In this document: positions 46,118 through 54,271 of the stretch, one piece after another | Layout: the number at the start of each line of letters is the position of its first letter | How positions within the stretch are numbered: the first letter of the stretch is position 1 | Source: Planctomycetales bacterium | Lineage (GTDB): Bacteria; Planctomycetota; Planctomycetia; Pirellulales; S012-138 | Reading direction: 5' to 3' | NCBI GenBank assembly: GCA_015488215.1 | Contig: WFOE01000049.1 | Span: 12,761 to 76,760 of the forward strand | Length of the DNA: 64,000 nucleotides | Notes under the pieces: model-generated | Database searches by the model: none | What the model was told of the DNA's origin: nothing | What the model saw: only the letters and a program-made list of their open reading frames with translations | Made by a program: the position numbers and the translations under genes

Positions 46118-48220
46118 ATGACCAAAATCACCGTCGAAAACATCCGCAACATCGCACTGGTAGGCCACGGTTCTTCGGGTAAGACCACGCTCAGCGACCG
46201 CATCCTCATCCACAAGGGACTCGTCAACCGCCAGGCGAGCGTGGACGACGGGACCAGCATCTGCGACTTCGACGAAGAAGAAAAAGCCCACAAGTACTCC
46301 ATTGAGTCCACGCTCATTCACTTCGAGCACGCCGGCCGGTTCTTCCAGTGGATCGACACGCCCGGGTATCCGGACTTCATCAACCAGTCGCTGGGGGCGT
46401 TGCGAGCCGTGGAGACGGCCGCCGTGGTTATCGACGCCCAGGCCGGCATCGAGGTGAACACCCGGCGGATGTTCAACGAAGCGGAAAAAGAAGGCGTGGG
46501 CCGGGTGATTATCTTCAACCGCATGGACGCCGAAAACATCGACTTTGCCAAGCTGCTGGCCAGCGTGCGCGAACTGTGGGGCAACCGCTGCACGCTGTTT
46601 ACCATCCCGCTGGGCGTCGGCGGCGATTTCAAGGGAGTCGTTTCCGTGCTCTCCCCGCCCGAGGGCGGAACCGAAGGGGCGCTGATCGACCCGGAAGAAG
46701 CCCATCAGTCGCTCATCGAGTCGATTGTCGAAGTGGACGAGGAAGCCACCGAGCGGTACTTCGAGGGGATTGTCCCCGAGGGCGAAGAGCTGGACCGGCT
46801 GCTGGTCAAGGCAGTGGCGGCCGGGTCGCTGATTCCGATTTTCTGCATCTCGGCCAAGAACGGCACGGGCCTGGACGAGCTGCTCGACGGGCTGGCCCGC
46901 TGCTGTCTGCCGCCCACGGAACTGCTGCGCAAAGCCACGGACGAAAACGGCCAGGAAGTGGAAGTGAAGCCCGATCCGGCCGGTCCGCTGGTGGCCCAGG
47001 TGTTCAAGACGCGCATCGACCCCTTTGTGCAAAAGCTCAGTTTCCTGCGCATTTTCTCCGGCACGCTCAAGACGGACGAAGCGGTGCAGGTGCCCGGGGC
47101 CCGCAAGCCGGTCAAGATTGGCCAGTTGCTGCGTTTTCAGGCCGACGAGAAGGAAGAAATCGCTTCGGCCGGTCCCGGCGAGATCGTGGCCGTGGCCAAA
47201 GTGGCCGAGCTGAAGACCGGCATGACCATCGGCCCGTGGACCATGCCCCCGATCCCGTTCCCCACGCCGATGGTCGGGCTGGCCGTCAGCCCCAAGAGCC
47301 GCGGGGACGAAGCGAAGCTTTCCGGAGCGTTGCAGAAAATCGTGGAAGAAGACGCCACATTCCGCCTGGACCGCGATCCGCAGACCAAAGAGCTGGTAAT
47401 GACCGGCATGAGCGAGCTGCATCTGCAAATCATCCAGGAGCGGCTCAAGCGGCGGGACAAGGTGGAAGTGGTCACCAAGGAGCCGAAAATCCCGTATCGC
47501 GAAACTGTCCAGGGCACCGCCGAAGGCTCTTACCGGCACAAGAAGCAGACTGGCGGCCGGGGCCAGTTCGGCGAAGTGCACATCCGCATGATGCCCTTCC
47601 CGCAAGGGACCGATCCGGAGGAGTTCTGCACCCCGGAACGCTTCCCACAGATGAAAGAGTTCCACTACGACCCGGAAACCAATTTCGTCTGGGTCGATTC
47701 GATTGTCGGCGGCGTCATCCCGGGCAACTTTCTCCCGGCGGTGGAAAAGGGATTCAAGGAACGGATGGCCCGCGGCGTGATTGCCGGCTACCAGGTGGTG
47801 AACGTCTGCGTGGATGTCTTCTACGGTAAGCACCACCCGGTGGACAGTTCCGAAACGGCGTTCAAAACGGCCGCTTCGATGGCCTTCCGCAACGTGTTCC
47901 AACAGGCGCAACCGGCCCTGTTGGAACCAATCGTCAAGATGGAGATTACCGTGCCGGCCGACAAGCTGGGCGATATCAACAGCGACCTTTCGACCCGGCG
48001 CGGCCGGGTGCTGGGGACGGATGCGGCCGGCGGCGGAATGATGATTGTGCGGGCCGAAGTCCCCCTGGCCGAAGTAACCACCTATGCCCGCACCCTTTCC
48101 AGCATCACCGGCGGGCAGGGCAGCTACACGATGGAGTTCAGCCACTACGATGTGGTGCCCGCCCACGTGCAGCAAGAAATCATCAAAAAGGCCCAGCTCG
48201 AAGAAGAAGAGGAGGAGTAA
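46118..48220 (+). CDS. elongation factor G family GTPase (EF-G paralog)
   Basis: The 1126-aa track ORF was trimmed to the ATG at 46118 (MTKITVENIRNIALVGHGSSGKTTL). G-domain motifs DTPGYPDF and FNRMD are present, followed by domains II-V. The P-loop is GHGSSGKT rather than the canonical AHIDAGKT. Confidence 0.92.
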   Translation: MTKITVENIRNIALVGHGSSGKTTLSDRILIHKGLVNRQASVDDGTSICDFDEEEKAHKYSIESTLIHFEHAGRFFQWIDTPGYPDFINQSLGALRAVETAAVVIDAQAGIEVNTRRMFNEAEKEGVGRVIIFNRMDAENIDFAKLLASVRELWGNRCTLFTIPLGVGGDFKGVVSVLSPPEGGTEGALIDPEEAHQSLIESIVEVDEEATERYFEGIVPEGEELDRLLVKAVAAGSLIPIFCISAKNGTGLDELLDGLARCCLPPTELLRKATDENGQEVEVKPDPAGPLVAQVFKTRIDPFVQKLSFLRIFSGTLKTDEAVQVPGARKPVKIGQLLRFQADEKEEIASAGPGEIVAVAKVAELKTGMTIGPWTMPPIPFPTPMVGLAVSPKSRGDEAKLSGALQKIVEEDATFRLDRDPQTKELVMTGMSELHLQIIQERLKRRDKVEVVTKEPKIPYRETVQGTAEGSYRHKKQTGGRGQFGEVHIRMMPFPQGTDPEEFCTPERFPQMKEFHYDPETNFVWVDSIVGGVIPGNFLPAVEKGFKERMARGVIAGYQVVNVCVDVFYGKHHPVDSSETAFKTAASMAFRNVFQQAQPALLEPIVKMEITVPADKLGDINSDLSTRRGRVLGTDAAGGGMMIVRAEVPLAEVTTYARTLSSITGGQGSYTMEFSHYDVVPAHVQQEIIKKAQLEEEEEE

Positions 48221-48301
48221 CTCCCCTCTCCGGTCTAGCGAGCAGCGGCACCGCAAAACGCCACCGCTTGCAATGGGACAAGGGGCCGCGTCGCCTGGGG
48301 A

Positions 48302-49336
48302 TTATCGCGCGTGGATCCGCGTCGTTTCCCGCGCGGTGCGCGCCGGCAGCGGCAAGAGCCAGATGTTGCGAAAACGTACTTCGTCCCCGTGGTCTTGCAG
48401 CCAGAGCGGCAGCGGCTGAGGGCCTTCGGGACGCCCGGCTCCGGTCTTGCGGGTCAGAACCAAATCGCGGTGGATCGTTACCCCGTTGAGCCGCACGGTG
48501 ATTCGGGCCGGAGCTAGTTTTCGCTTGCCGTCCGGGCTCCATCGTGGGGAGTGGAAGCGAACATCGTAAGTCTGCCACTGCAACGGCGGCAAGCACATGT
48601 TCAATAGCGGAGCCCGGTAGCGGTACAGCGCGCCGCAGTGGTTGTACTGCGGTTTGAGCCCGAAGGAATCGAGCACCTGCACTTCGTAACGCCGGTGCAG
48701 GTAAAGTCCGCTGTTGGCCCGAGCCTGGCCCCGGGCAAGCGGCATGAACGGCAAGCGGAACTCCACGTGAAGCAGAAAATCCCGGGGCAACGGCTCGCGG
48801 GTTTCGGCTCCCTGCATCAGCCAGCCTTCGGGGCTGAGGCGGGCGTTTTTCCAAGCCTCGGTTCCCCGGCCGTCGAACAGCACCTTGGCTCCCGGCGGCG
48901 GGGCCATTCCCAGCGTGGGGCTGGTACGCACCGCCCGCAGCAGCACTCCGATGAGCCGGCCGTCCCGGCGCAAGGAAATCCGCATCTGCCCGGCGATGAC
49001 GAAAAAGTCCAGATAGCGCGTGTGGAACCGAACCGACCGGCCCGTGCGGCGAGCCGACACCGAGATGGGCTCCTTTGCCACGGCTCCCGAGCCGGGCAGC
49101 CCGCCCCGGTAGATGGCCGCCAGGAACTCGCCCCGGCCCAAGGCTACCAGTTGCACGCCCAGCCGCATCTGTCCGGCGGGAGCCGACACCACCCCGGCGT
49201 ATTCCCCCTGAAGCTGATAGTCGATCCCGGCTCGTTCCGGGTGCAGATACACCGGCCCTTTGTCCGCTCCGGCCGCCGAAGCGGAAAGAGCCAGCAACAG
49301 GACGGGCCATGCGCTTTTGTTCAAAGTGGTTACCAT
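48302..49336 (-). CDS. DUF1080 (3-keto-disaccharide hydrolase-like) domain protein, secreted
   Basis: Trimmed to the ATG at 49336 with a signal peptide (MVTTLNKSAWPVLLLALSASAAGA). The C-terminal LWLQDHGDEVRFRNIWLLPL is the typical DUF1080 ending. Confidence 0.85.
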   Translation of the reverse strand: MVTTLNKSAWPVLLLALSASAAGADKGPVYLHPERAGIDYQLQGEYAGVVSAPAGQMRLGVQLVALGRGEFLAAIYRGGLPGSGAVAKEPISVSARRTGRSVRFHTRYLDFFVIAGQMRISLRRDGRLIGVLLRAVRTSPTLGMAPPPGAKVLFDGRGTEAWKNARLSPEGWLMQGAETREPLPRDFLLHVEFRLPFMPLARGQARANSGLYLHRRYEVQVLDSFGLKPQYNHCGALYRYRAPLLNMCLPPLQWQTYDVRFHSPRWSPDGKRKLAPARITVRLNGVTIHRDLVLTRKTGAGRPEGPQPLPLWLQDHGDEVRFRNIWLLPLPARTARETTRIHAR

Positions 49337-49478
49337 CGCAGGCGGGCTTTCCAGCACAAAGAGCAGGGGGGCCACTTCGCTTCCGCAGGTCCGAGCTTTC
49401 CCGGCGGCGGCCTCGGGACTCCCAGTGGCGGAAGTTCCTCGTTACCTGGCAGGAGGGTGGCGCGACCACAGGTCCGCT

Positions 49479-50885
49479 TCAGCGATTTTGATCCAAATAC
49501 GGCCCGACGCAATAGAGTCGTCGCTTGCCTCGCAGGAACAGATGGACTGCGGCCACCGCGGGCGAGGCCACAAAACGATCCGGCAGCCGGTTGCGAGCCA
49601 ACAGACGGTAGTTGCCCGAAGCGGCCACCACGAAGCAGGTCCCTTCGTAAGAAAGGAAGTACACCCGGTCGTCGGCCGCCACCGGGGAAGCGTAGAACGT
49701 CCCCCGCAAAGGCCGCTGCCAGTACGTCTTGCCCGTGGGCAGATGGATGCATCGGGCCTGGCCGTTTTGCGAGACGGCAAACACCAGGTCGCGCCACCGG
49801 GCCGGCGTGGCCCACAACGCCGGTGCCACCTGGCGGCGCCAGAGCCTGCGCAGCACGGGACCGCGGCGGCCTACGAAGTATTCCAGCCCAAGCAGCGGCC
49901 CACCGGTGCCATGACAGGCCACCACGGTTTGTTCGGCCAGAAACGGCGAGGCCACGGCCGACTGCGCCGCTCCCAGACGATAGCCGAGCAGTTGCTTTCC
50001 ATCCTCCGGAGCGAACACGCGGAGCTGATCGGCTTCCAGGACGAGTAGCACGGGCCGGTCGCCCAGTCGGCCCAGGGTGGGCGCGGTGCCCAGCAGCACC
50101 GGCTTGGCAGCTCGATTGCCTGAGAGGGCCACGTGCCAAAGCTCGCGGCCGGTCCACTTGTCGAAGGCGGCCAAAAGGCCGGTGGGAACTTCGCCCGGCC
50201 CGGCGAGCCACCGCAGCACGATGACCCGATCCTGCCAAAGCAGCACTCCGCCAAGTGAAGGCCAGCGGTGGGTCTTTGCGGGGCCTATCCGGCGGAACCA
50301 TCGCTGGCGGCCGTCCTGCACCTGATGCACCGAAAGCAAACCGTGGCTGCCAAGTGCGGCGACCACTTGCCCGTCGGTCGCAGGGCTGGGGGCCGCCCAG
50401 CTCTGCTGCGGCCAGGGCCAGCCGCCGGGTGGTTTGGCCTCCCGGGGCCAGGTGGGCACCGTGTCCAACGGTTGTTTCCAGCGGAGCTTGCCCGTCATCA
50501 GGTCCAGTTGCAAAAGTTCCAGTTGGGAACCATGTTGCGCGGTCAAGAACACGGCCCGGTCCCAAACCACCGGGGTGGAAACGCCCGGGGGCACAGGTAC
50601 TTGCCAGGCCACGCCACGGGTGGGGCCCCAAACCAGCGGGGCCGGCCAGCGAGGCATCTGACCATCGTACTGGGGACCGCGCCAATGGGGCCACCGGGCT
50701 ACCGCAGCCTCTTGGTTCGGCCCCGGCGAACTGGCCGCAGGCTGGGCATCAACCGGCCGCGGCACCAAACAACCGGCCAGCAGTCCCAGCGCTGCTCGCC
50801 GCGTGCAGCAACCACCGGACCTGTGGTGGCTTTGCCGCGGGGAGCATTGTCCTTTTGGCCGGTTTTCCCGAAGCAATCCACTCAT
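49479..50885 (-). CDS. PQQ-like beta-propeller repeat protein, exported (Tat-like signal)
   Basis: It has repeated W/G-rich blades (WPHWRGPQYDG, GKLRWKQPL, GRELWHVAL, GKTYWQRPL) and TRRAALGLLAG near the N-terminus. I prefer the ATG at 50885 over the TTG at 50921. Confidence 0.8.
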   Translation of the reverse strand: MSGLLRENRPKGQCSPRQSHHRSGGCCTRRAALGLLAGCLVPRPVDAQPAASSPGPNQEAAVARWPHWRGPQYDGQMPRWPAPLVWGPTRGVAWQVPVPPGVSTPVVWDRAVFLTAQHGSQLELLQLDLMTGKLRWKQPLDTVPTWPREAKPPGGWPWPQQSWAAPSPATDGQVVAALGSHGLLSVHQVQDGRQRWFRRIGPAKTHRWPSLGGVLLWQDRVIVLRWLAGPGEVPTGLLAAFDKWTGRELWHVALSGNRAAKPVLLGTAPTLGRLGDRPVLLVLEADQLRVFAPEDGKQLLGYRLGAAQSAVASPFLAEQTVVACHGTGGPLLGLEYFVGRRGPVLRRLWRRQVAPALWATPARWRDLVFAVSQNGQARCIHLPTGKTYWQRPLRGTFYASPVAADDRVYFLSYEGTCFVVAASGNYRLLARNRLPDRFVASPAVAAVHLFLRGKRRLYCVGPYLDQNR

Positions 50886-51359
50886 CACGCGGCGGTTCTC
50901 TCCTTGCGGGGCAAAAGCCAACCGGGCAAGTGAGCAGGAACGAGGTTTTCTCCCGGCCGGAACGCAGCCGGATGCTTCCAGCTTAGCACTTCCGGTCTCA
51001 GGCGTCGAAATGAGCTCGGCGACGTCGCGATCACCCCCCAGGCAGCGGGGTAGCTGTCATACAGGCGTGGCCGGGCAAGTGGTAGGATGGTAAGAGTTGT
51101 GTGGTTTGGACCGCCTTTGCCGGAACTTGGGTGAATTTCTGGTCTTCTCGGGCCAAAGAATCCTGCTACCGGGCGCAGAAAACATACAACGGAGCTATGG
51201 TTTTCTGGCTCACCTATGCGCCTGCACCTTGGCCGGGCAGCAAGTGGGCCGTTCCTTCGCCTCCCCTGTGATGCCGTTTCGACCCATGACAAACGACGGA
51301 ACCCGGACGGATCGCTCCCACGGCTCGGGCCGTGCGGCGATTGGCATACGCGGTAACGA

Positions 51360-52205
51360 ATGGACTGGGATGGATCGATGGAACCATTTGCGGTCAACCA
51401 GCGATTGACCCCCCACTGGTCGCTCGAACAAGACCTGGCTGCCTGGGCGCAGGCTGACGTGCCTTCTCTGGGCCTGCTGCGATCCAAGGTGGCCGACCTG
51501 GAAGCGGCCCAGCTTCAAAAACTGCTGGCCCAGCACAATCGCCAGGTGCTGAGCGTCTCCTGGGTTGGGGGATTTACCGGCAGCGACGGCCGCCGGTTCC
51601 GCGACGCGGTGGCCGACGCTCAGACGGCCCTGGAACTTGCCGCCGCAGTGGGTGCCCGATGCCTGGTGGCACGGAGCGGTTCTCGGGGCGGCCACACTCA
51701 TAACCACGCCCGGCGGCTCTTTCGAGACGGGCTGCAAGAGCTGGCCCCCGAGGCCGAAAAGCACGATCTGCTGCTGGTGGTGGAAACGATCCATCCGGAC
51801 CTGCCGCAGACTGATAACTTCCTCGCCTCGCTCGACGACGCCCTGGAACTGCTGGACCGGGTGGATCATCCCCAAGTGAAGCTGTTGCTGGATCTGTATC
51901 ATGCCGGGTTCGAGCCGGACCTGGCCGGGCGCCTGCCGGAGCTGGCCGAACGGATTGGGCTGGTTCAACTGGCCGATGCCACCTCGCCTCCACAGGACCA
52001 GGAAGACCGTTGTCTGTTGGGGCAGGGGGTGCTCCCGCTGGAAGACATCGTAGCCGCACTTCGCCAAGGCGGATACGAAGGCCCCTGGGAAGTGGAACTT
52101 GCCGGACCTCAAGTAGAATCGCTCGACCCGCTGCAAGTGCTGAAACACTGCCGTGCCGCTTATGAGTGGCTGCTTGAAGGCGGACCGAAACCCGGGGCTT
52201 CGTAA
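51360..52205 (+). CDS. sugar phosphate isomerase/epimerase (xylose-isomerase-like TIM barrel)
   Basis: 281 aa with family-typical segments LLVVETIHP and KLLLDLYH. An alternative ATG lies at 51378. Confidence 0.78.
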   Translation: MDWDGSMEPFAVNQRLTPHWSLEQDLAAWAQADVPSLGLLRSKVADLEAAQLQKLLAQHNRQVLSVSWVGGFTGSDGRRFRDAVADAQTALELAAAVGARCLVARSGSRGGHTHNHARRLFRDGLQELAPEAEKHDLLLVVETIHPDLPQTDNFLASLDDALELLDRVDHPQVKLLLDLYHAGFEPDLAGRLPELAERIGLVQLADATSPPQDQEDRCLLGQGVLPLEDIVAALRQGGYEGPWEVELAGPQVESLDPLQVLKHCRAAYEWLLEGGPKPGAS

Positions 52206-52257
52206 CTTGGGGGGACTGTTCCCGGTTTCCGGCTAGCGATTCCATCCGCGCCGCGGC

Positions 52258-53694
52258 TCATTGGCTGCATGCGGGAGCCACGAGCGGGCCACGGTACAAT
52301 CCCGCCCAGGAAGCTCTGCCCGCGGGCCGACAACCCGGCCCGGGTGCCCCGTCGCCCAACTCTCGGCGCGCCTGCCGGGCGAACTCCAGCAGGCGCTGGA
52401 CCACTTGGGGATGGCTCTCGGCCAGGTTGCGCTTTTCCTGCGGGTCGCGTTCCAAGTGGTAAAGCAGCATCTGGTTCATGGGTCGCCCGGCGCGAGTGTT
52501 TCGGACCTTGCCGGAGATAGCCAAGTGTAATTTCCAGGGGCCGCTGCGCACCGCGTAGAGGCGATTGGTGTGGTAGTAGAAAAACGCCTGGTAGGGTGTT
52601 CTGGCTCCCGCAGTGCCCAGCCACAGCGGCAGCACGTTATGCCCGTCGAGCTTAACAGCAGGCAACCGGGCCCCGGCCAGATGGGCCAACGTGGGCAGCA
52701 GGTCCATCATGGTGGTCAGCTCGTGGCAGGTGGTTCCCTCGGGCACGTGGCCGGGCCAGCGCAAGATGAACGGCACTCGCATGCCGCCCTCCATCGTGGT
52801 GTAGCCCCAACCGGCAAGCGGCGTGTTGCGTCCCTGGGGAGGCCGGCGGCGCGGGGCACCGTTGTCCGAAGTCCAAATGACGATGGTGTTCCGTTCCAGT
52901 CCCAGTTGCCGCAACGCGGCCAGAATCTGGCCTGTGGAGTGGTCCAGCTCCTCCACGGCGTCGCCGTAAGGGCCGTTTGCACTTCGGCCTTGGAACTCCG
53001 GGCTGGCAAAGGGCCGGCGGGTGCTGCCGGGCATGGCGTGGCTCAGGAACAGGAAAAACGGCTCGTGCCGGTGCCGGCGAATCCAGCCGATGGCTCGCCG
53101 GGTATAGCGGCGGGTGAGCAGGTTGCGATCCGGCCCCCATTCGACCACTTGTTCGTTTTCCATCAGCGGCAGCGGCGGCCAGGCGGTCCCGGCCCGCGGG
53201 GTCATATCTTCGCTGTAAGGGATGCCGAAGTAGTAGTCGAAGCCCTGCCGGGTAGGCAGAAACCGTGGGTGATCGCCCAGGTGCCACTTGCCGATGCAAG
53301 CGGTGCGGTACCCGGCCTGGCGCAGCACCTCGGCCAAGGTGGTTTCCCGGGGGTGCAGCCCGTTGGGCGAACGAGGACGAAGAACCCAACCGTCCGGCTC
53401 GGTCCAGCCCAAGCCCACGCGAACCGGATAACAGCCGGTCATCAGTGCCGCCCGGGACGGAGTGCAAACTCCGCTGGCCGAATAGAAGTGCGTGAATCGC
53501 CGGCCCTGAGCGGCCAGCCCGTCCACATGGGGGGTGCGGTGCAGCTTCGAACCGTAGCAACCCAGATCTCCGTAGCCCAGGTTGTCGCACAAGATGAGTA
53601 CGATATTGGGCTTGGGTCCCTGGCCAGCCAGCAACGCCGTGCTGGAAAACAGCAGGAACAATGCGGCTACCGTCGGACCCAAGAAGCGGAACAT
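52258..53694 (-). CDS. formylglycine-dependent sulfatase, secreted
   Basis: 478 aa. It has a signal peptide, the CTPSRAALMTG formylglycine motif and the GKWHLG motif. Confidence 0.92.
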   Translation of the reverse strand: MFRFLGPTVAALFLLFSSTALLAGQGPKPNIVLILCDNLGYGDLGCYGSKLHRTPHVDGLAAQGRRFTHFYSASGVCTPSRAALMTGCYPVRVGLGWTEPDGWVLRPRSPNGLHPRETTLAEVLRQAGYRTACIGKWHLGDHPRFLPTRQGFDYYFGIPYSEDMTPRAGTAWPPLPLMENEQVVEWGPDRNLLTRRYTRRAIGWIRRHRHEPFFLFLSHAMPGSTRRPFASPEFQGRSANGPYGDAVEELDHSTGQILAALRQLGLERNTIVIWTSDNGAPRRRPPQGRNTPLAGWGYTTMEGGMRVPFILRWPGHVPEGTTCHELTTMMDLLPTLAHLAGARLPAVKLDGHNVLPLWLGTAGARTPYQAFFYYHTNRLYAVRSGPWKLHLAISGKVRNTRAGRPMNQMLLYHLERDPQEKRNLAESHPQVVQRLLEFARQARRELGDGAPGPGCRPAGRASWAGLYRGPLVAPACSQ

Positions 53695-53759
53695 ACGCAG
53701 GCAGCTTTCTCCGAGAGGGCAGGGGACCAGAATTTGGAAACAAAATCCGCGTCGGCCTG

Positions 53760-53788
53760 TTGATTCTGAAACTGAGTCCGGCTAGAAT
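53760..53788 (+). promoter_or_regulatory. candidate sigma70-type promoter of the feo operon
   Basis: TTGATT (53760-53765), 17 nt spacer, TAGAAT (53783-53788), in an AT-rich tract 168 nt upstream of feoA. The two hexamers lie within an imperfect inverted repeat, TTGATTCTG...TAGAATCAA. Confidence 0.45.
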
Positions 53789-53800
53789 CAAGCGAGAGTT

Positions 53801-53819
53801 GATAACGATTCTCAGTAAA
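53801..53819 (+). promoter_or_regulatory. Fur-box-like operator
   Basis: GATAACGATTCTCAGTAAA matches 13 of 19 positions of the GATAATGATAATCATTATC consensus. It lies just downstream of the candidate -10 and upstream of an iron-uptake operon. Confidence 0.4.
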
Positions 53820-53955
53820 AACTTCCCTCCCCTGCTACTCTCTTGACCCCTGGCAAGCTGGGGGGCAGGTGCCTTCGGGTTTCCGGCCCCCTGGCTCCTT
53901 TTCCTCTCTAGTGTGCTACGCTTGCGAGGAATCCCACGGAGTGAAAGATAGAGCC

Positions 53956-54201
53956 ATGAAACGGCTTTCGCAACTGAACCTCGGGCAAGCGGCCGAAGTG
54001 CTGGACGTGCTGGGCGAAGACGCCTTAGCTTGCCGGCTGATGGAAATGGGCCTGACTCCCGGCGTGCAGATTCAACTGGTGGGCAAGTCCCCCTGGGGCG
54101 ACCCGTTGGAGTTCCAACTGCGCGGCTACCGCCTGAGCCTCCGGCGCCAGGAGGCCGAGCGAGTGCAGGTCCGCTGTCCGGTTCCCGTGCCGGAAAGCTA
54201 G
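53956..54201 (+). CDS. feoA: ferrous iron transport protein A
   Basis: Trimmed to the ATG at 53956. 81 aa with the FeoA SH3-like pattern (LSQLNLGQAAEV...RLMEMGLTPGVQIQLV). Confidence 0.88.
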   Translation: MKRLSQLNLGQAAEVLDVLGEDALACRLMEMGLTPGVQIQLVGKSPWGDPLEFQLRGYRLSLRRQEAERVQVRCPVPVPES

Positions 54202-54271
54202 TTCCCGCCGGGCGTGCCTTCCGTGCCACTTGCCCCTTGCCGAGTGGCTTTCCTGATTTCGAGATGCACCC

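Noticed and set aside
46079-48256. 725-aa minus-strand ORF
   Set aside because: It is antisense to the EF-G gene. This is a shadow ORF with low-complexity composition.
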